Shown: positions 46,098 through 46,570 of the stretch, piece after piece
Position numbering within the stretch: position 1 is the stretch's first letter
Layout: the number at the start of each line of letters is the position of its first letter
NCBI GenBank assembly: GCA_011772425.1
Contig: WVZO01000394.1
Coordinates: forward strand, 1 to 46,570
Length of the DNA: 46,570 bases
From: Candidatus Aminicenantes bacterium
Lineage (GTDB): Bacteria > Acidobacteriota > Aminicenantia > UBA2199
Reading direction: 5' to 3'
Translations under genes and position numbers: made by a program
Notes under the pieces: model-generated
Databases searched by the model: none
What the model saw: the letters and a program-made list of their open reading frames with translations, nothing else
What the model was told of the DNA's origin: nothing

Positions 46098-46570
46098 ATG
46101 ATAAAAAAAGCCAAACGCTATTTTAATACATCAGGCCATAATATACCTGCCAAACATTATACCTTGAAACGGGAATACTTAATCCCCAAAGGACTCCAAC
46201 TGGTAACCGACGACCGCTATTTCACCATTTGGGCGCCCCGCCAAACCGGCAAAACCACTTATTTCATTTCCCTGGCCGAAAAACTCCAATCCATCGGGTA
46301 CGAGGTCATTCATACCAACCTGGAAAATTTTAAAAGTGTGACGGAAAAAGATTTACTGGAATTTCTGGCCAGTGAGTTCAGACGAAGACTTAACATTCAG
46401 CTTCATTCACGAACATTTCCATTGTTCTATAATGAATTGAGGGAGATAAAAGACAGGAAGGTCGTTTTAATCATCGATGAGATTGAAGGCTTGAATGAAG
46501 AAATTTTCGGCCAGTTTCTTCATACCATCCGCAATCTTTACAGTTTCCGGCAGGAGCACAGTTTAAAATC
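46098..46570 (+). CDS. AAA-like ATPase, N-terminal part (runs off the window end)
   Basis: Translation MIKKAKRYFNTSG...APRQTGKTT...VVLIIDEIEG (Walker A and B). Not in the ORF track. Confidence 0.88.
   Translation, partial: MIKKAKRYFNTSGHNIPAKHYTLKREYLIPKGLQLVTDDRYFTIWAPRQTGKTTYFISLAEKLQSIGYEVIHTNLENFKSVTEKDLLEFLASEFRRRLNIQLHSRTFPLFYNELREIKDRKVVLIIDEIEGLNEEIFGQFLHTIRNLYSFRQEHSLK

Noticed and set aside
1-46570. Prophage, IS element or diversity-generating retroelement
   Set aside because: No integrase, transposase, reverse transcriptase, phage structural genes or adenine-variant repeat pair recognised; a DUF5131 fragment alone is insufficient.

Overview
Bacterial chromosomal window. It is probably from Candidatus Aminicenantes, an inference from the paralogous XRE regulators, 6-bladed propeller, hybrid two-component system (HTCS), AAA proteins and REP-like repeats. 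A housekeeping core (nfo, xseAB, prc/tsp, acyltransferase, diguanylate cyclase) lies between two repeat-rich accessory flanks. Main observations: (1) an unannotated CTG-initiated lanthipeptide-type precursor (3483-3722, minus strand; core with 9 Cys, 10 Thr, 0 Ser), followed by a GNRA hairpin and an intact LanC, with no dehydratase, transporter or recognisable lanthipeptide leader protease in the window; (2) a ~490-bp non-coding mosaic of about 15 different 6-8-nt tandem motifs directly after a SymE-like gene; (3) a SelB-like protein lacking the GTPase domains; (4) an orphan Cap15-like 2TM/beta-barrel protein; (5) a plant-type BAHD acyltransferase; (6) a 42-bp duplicated sigma70 promoter bracketing two paralogous HEAT proteins; (7) several dispersed repeat families, one of which flanks a BrnT-type toxin-antitoxin pair. 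No rRNA, tRNA, CRISPR array, integrase or transposase was recognised. All family calls come from reading motifs by eye, not from database searches.
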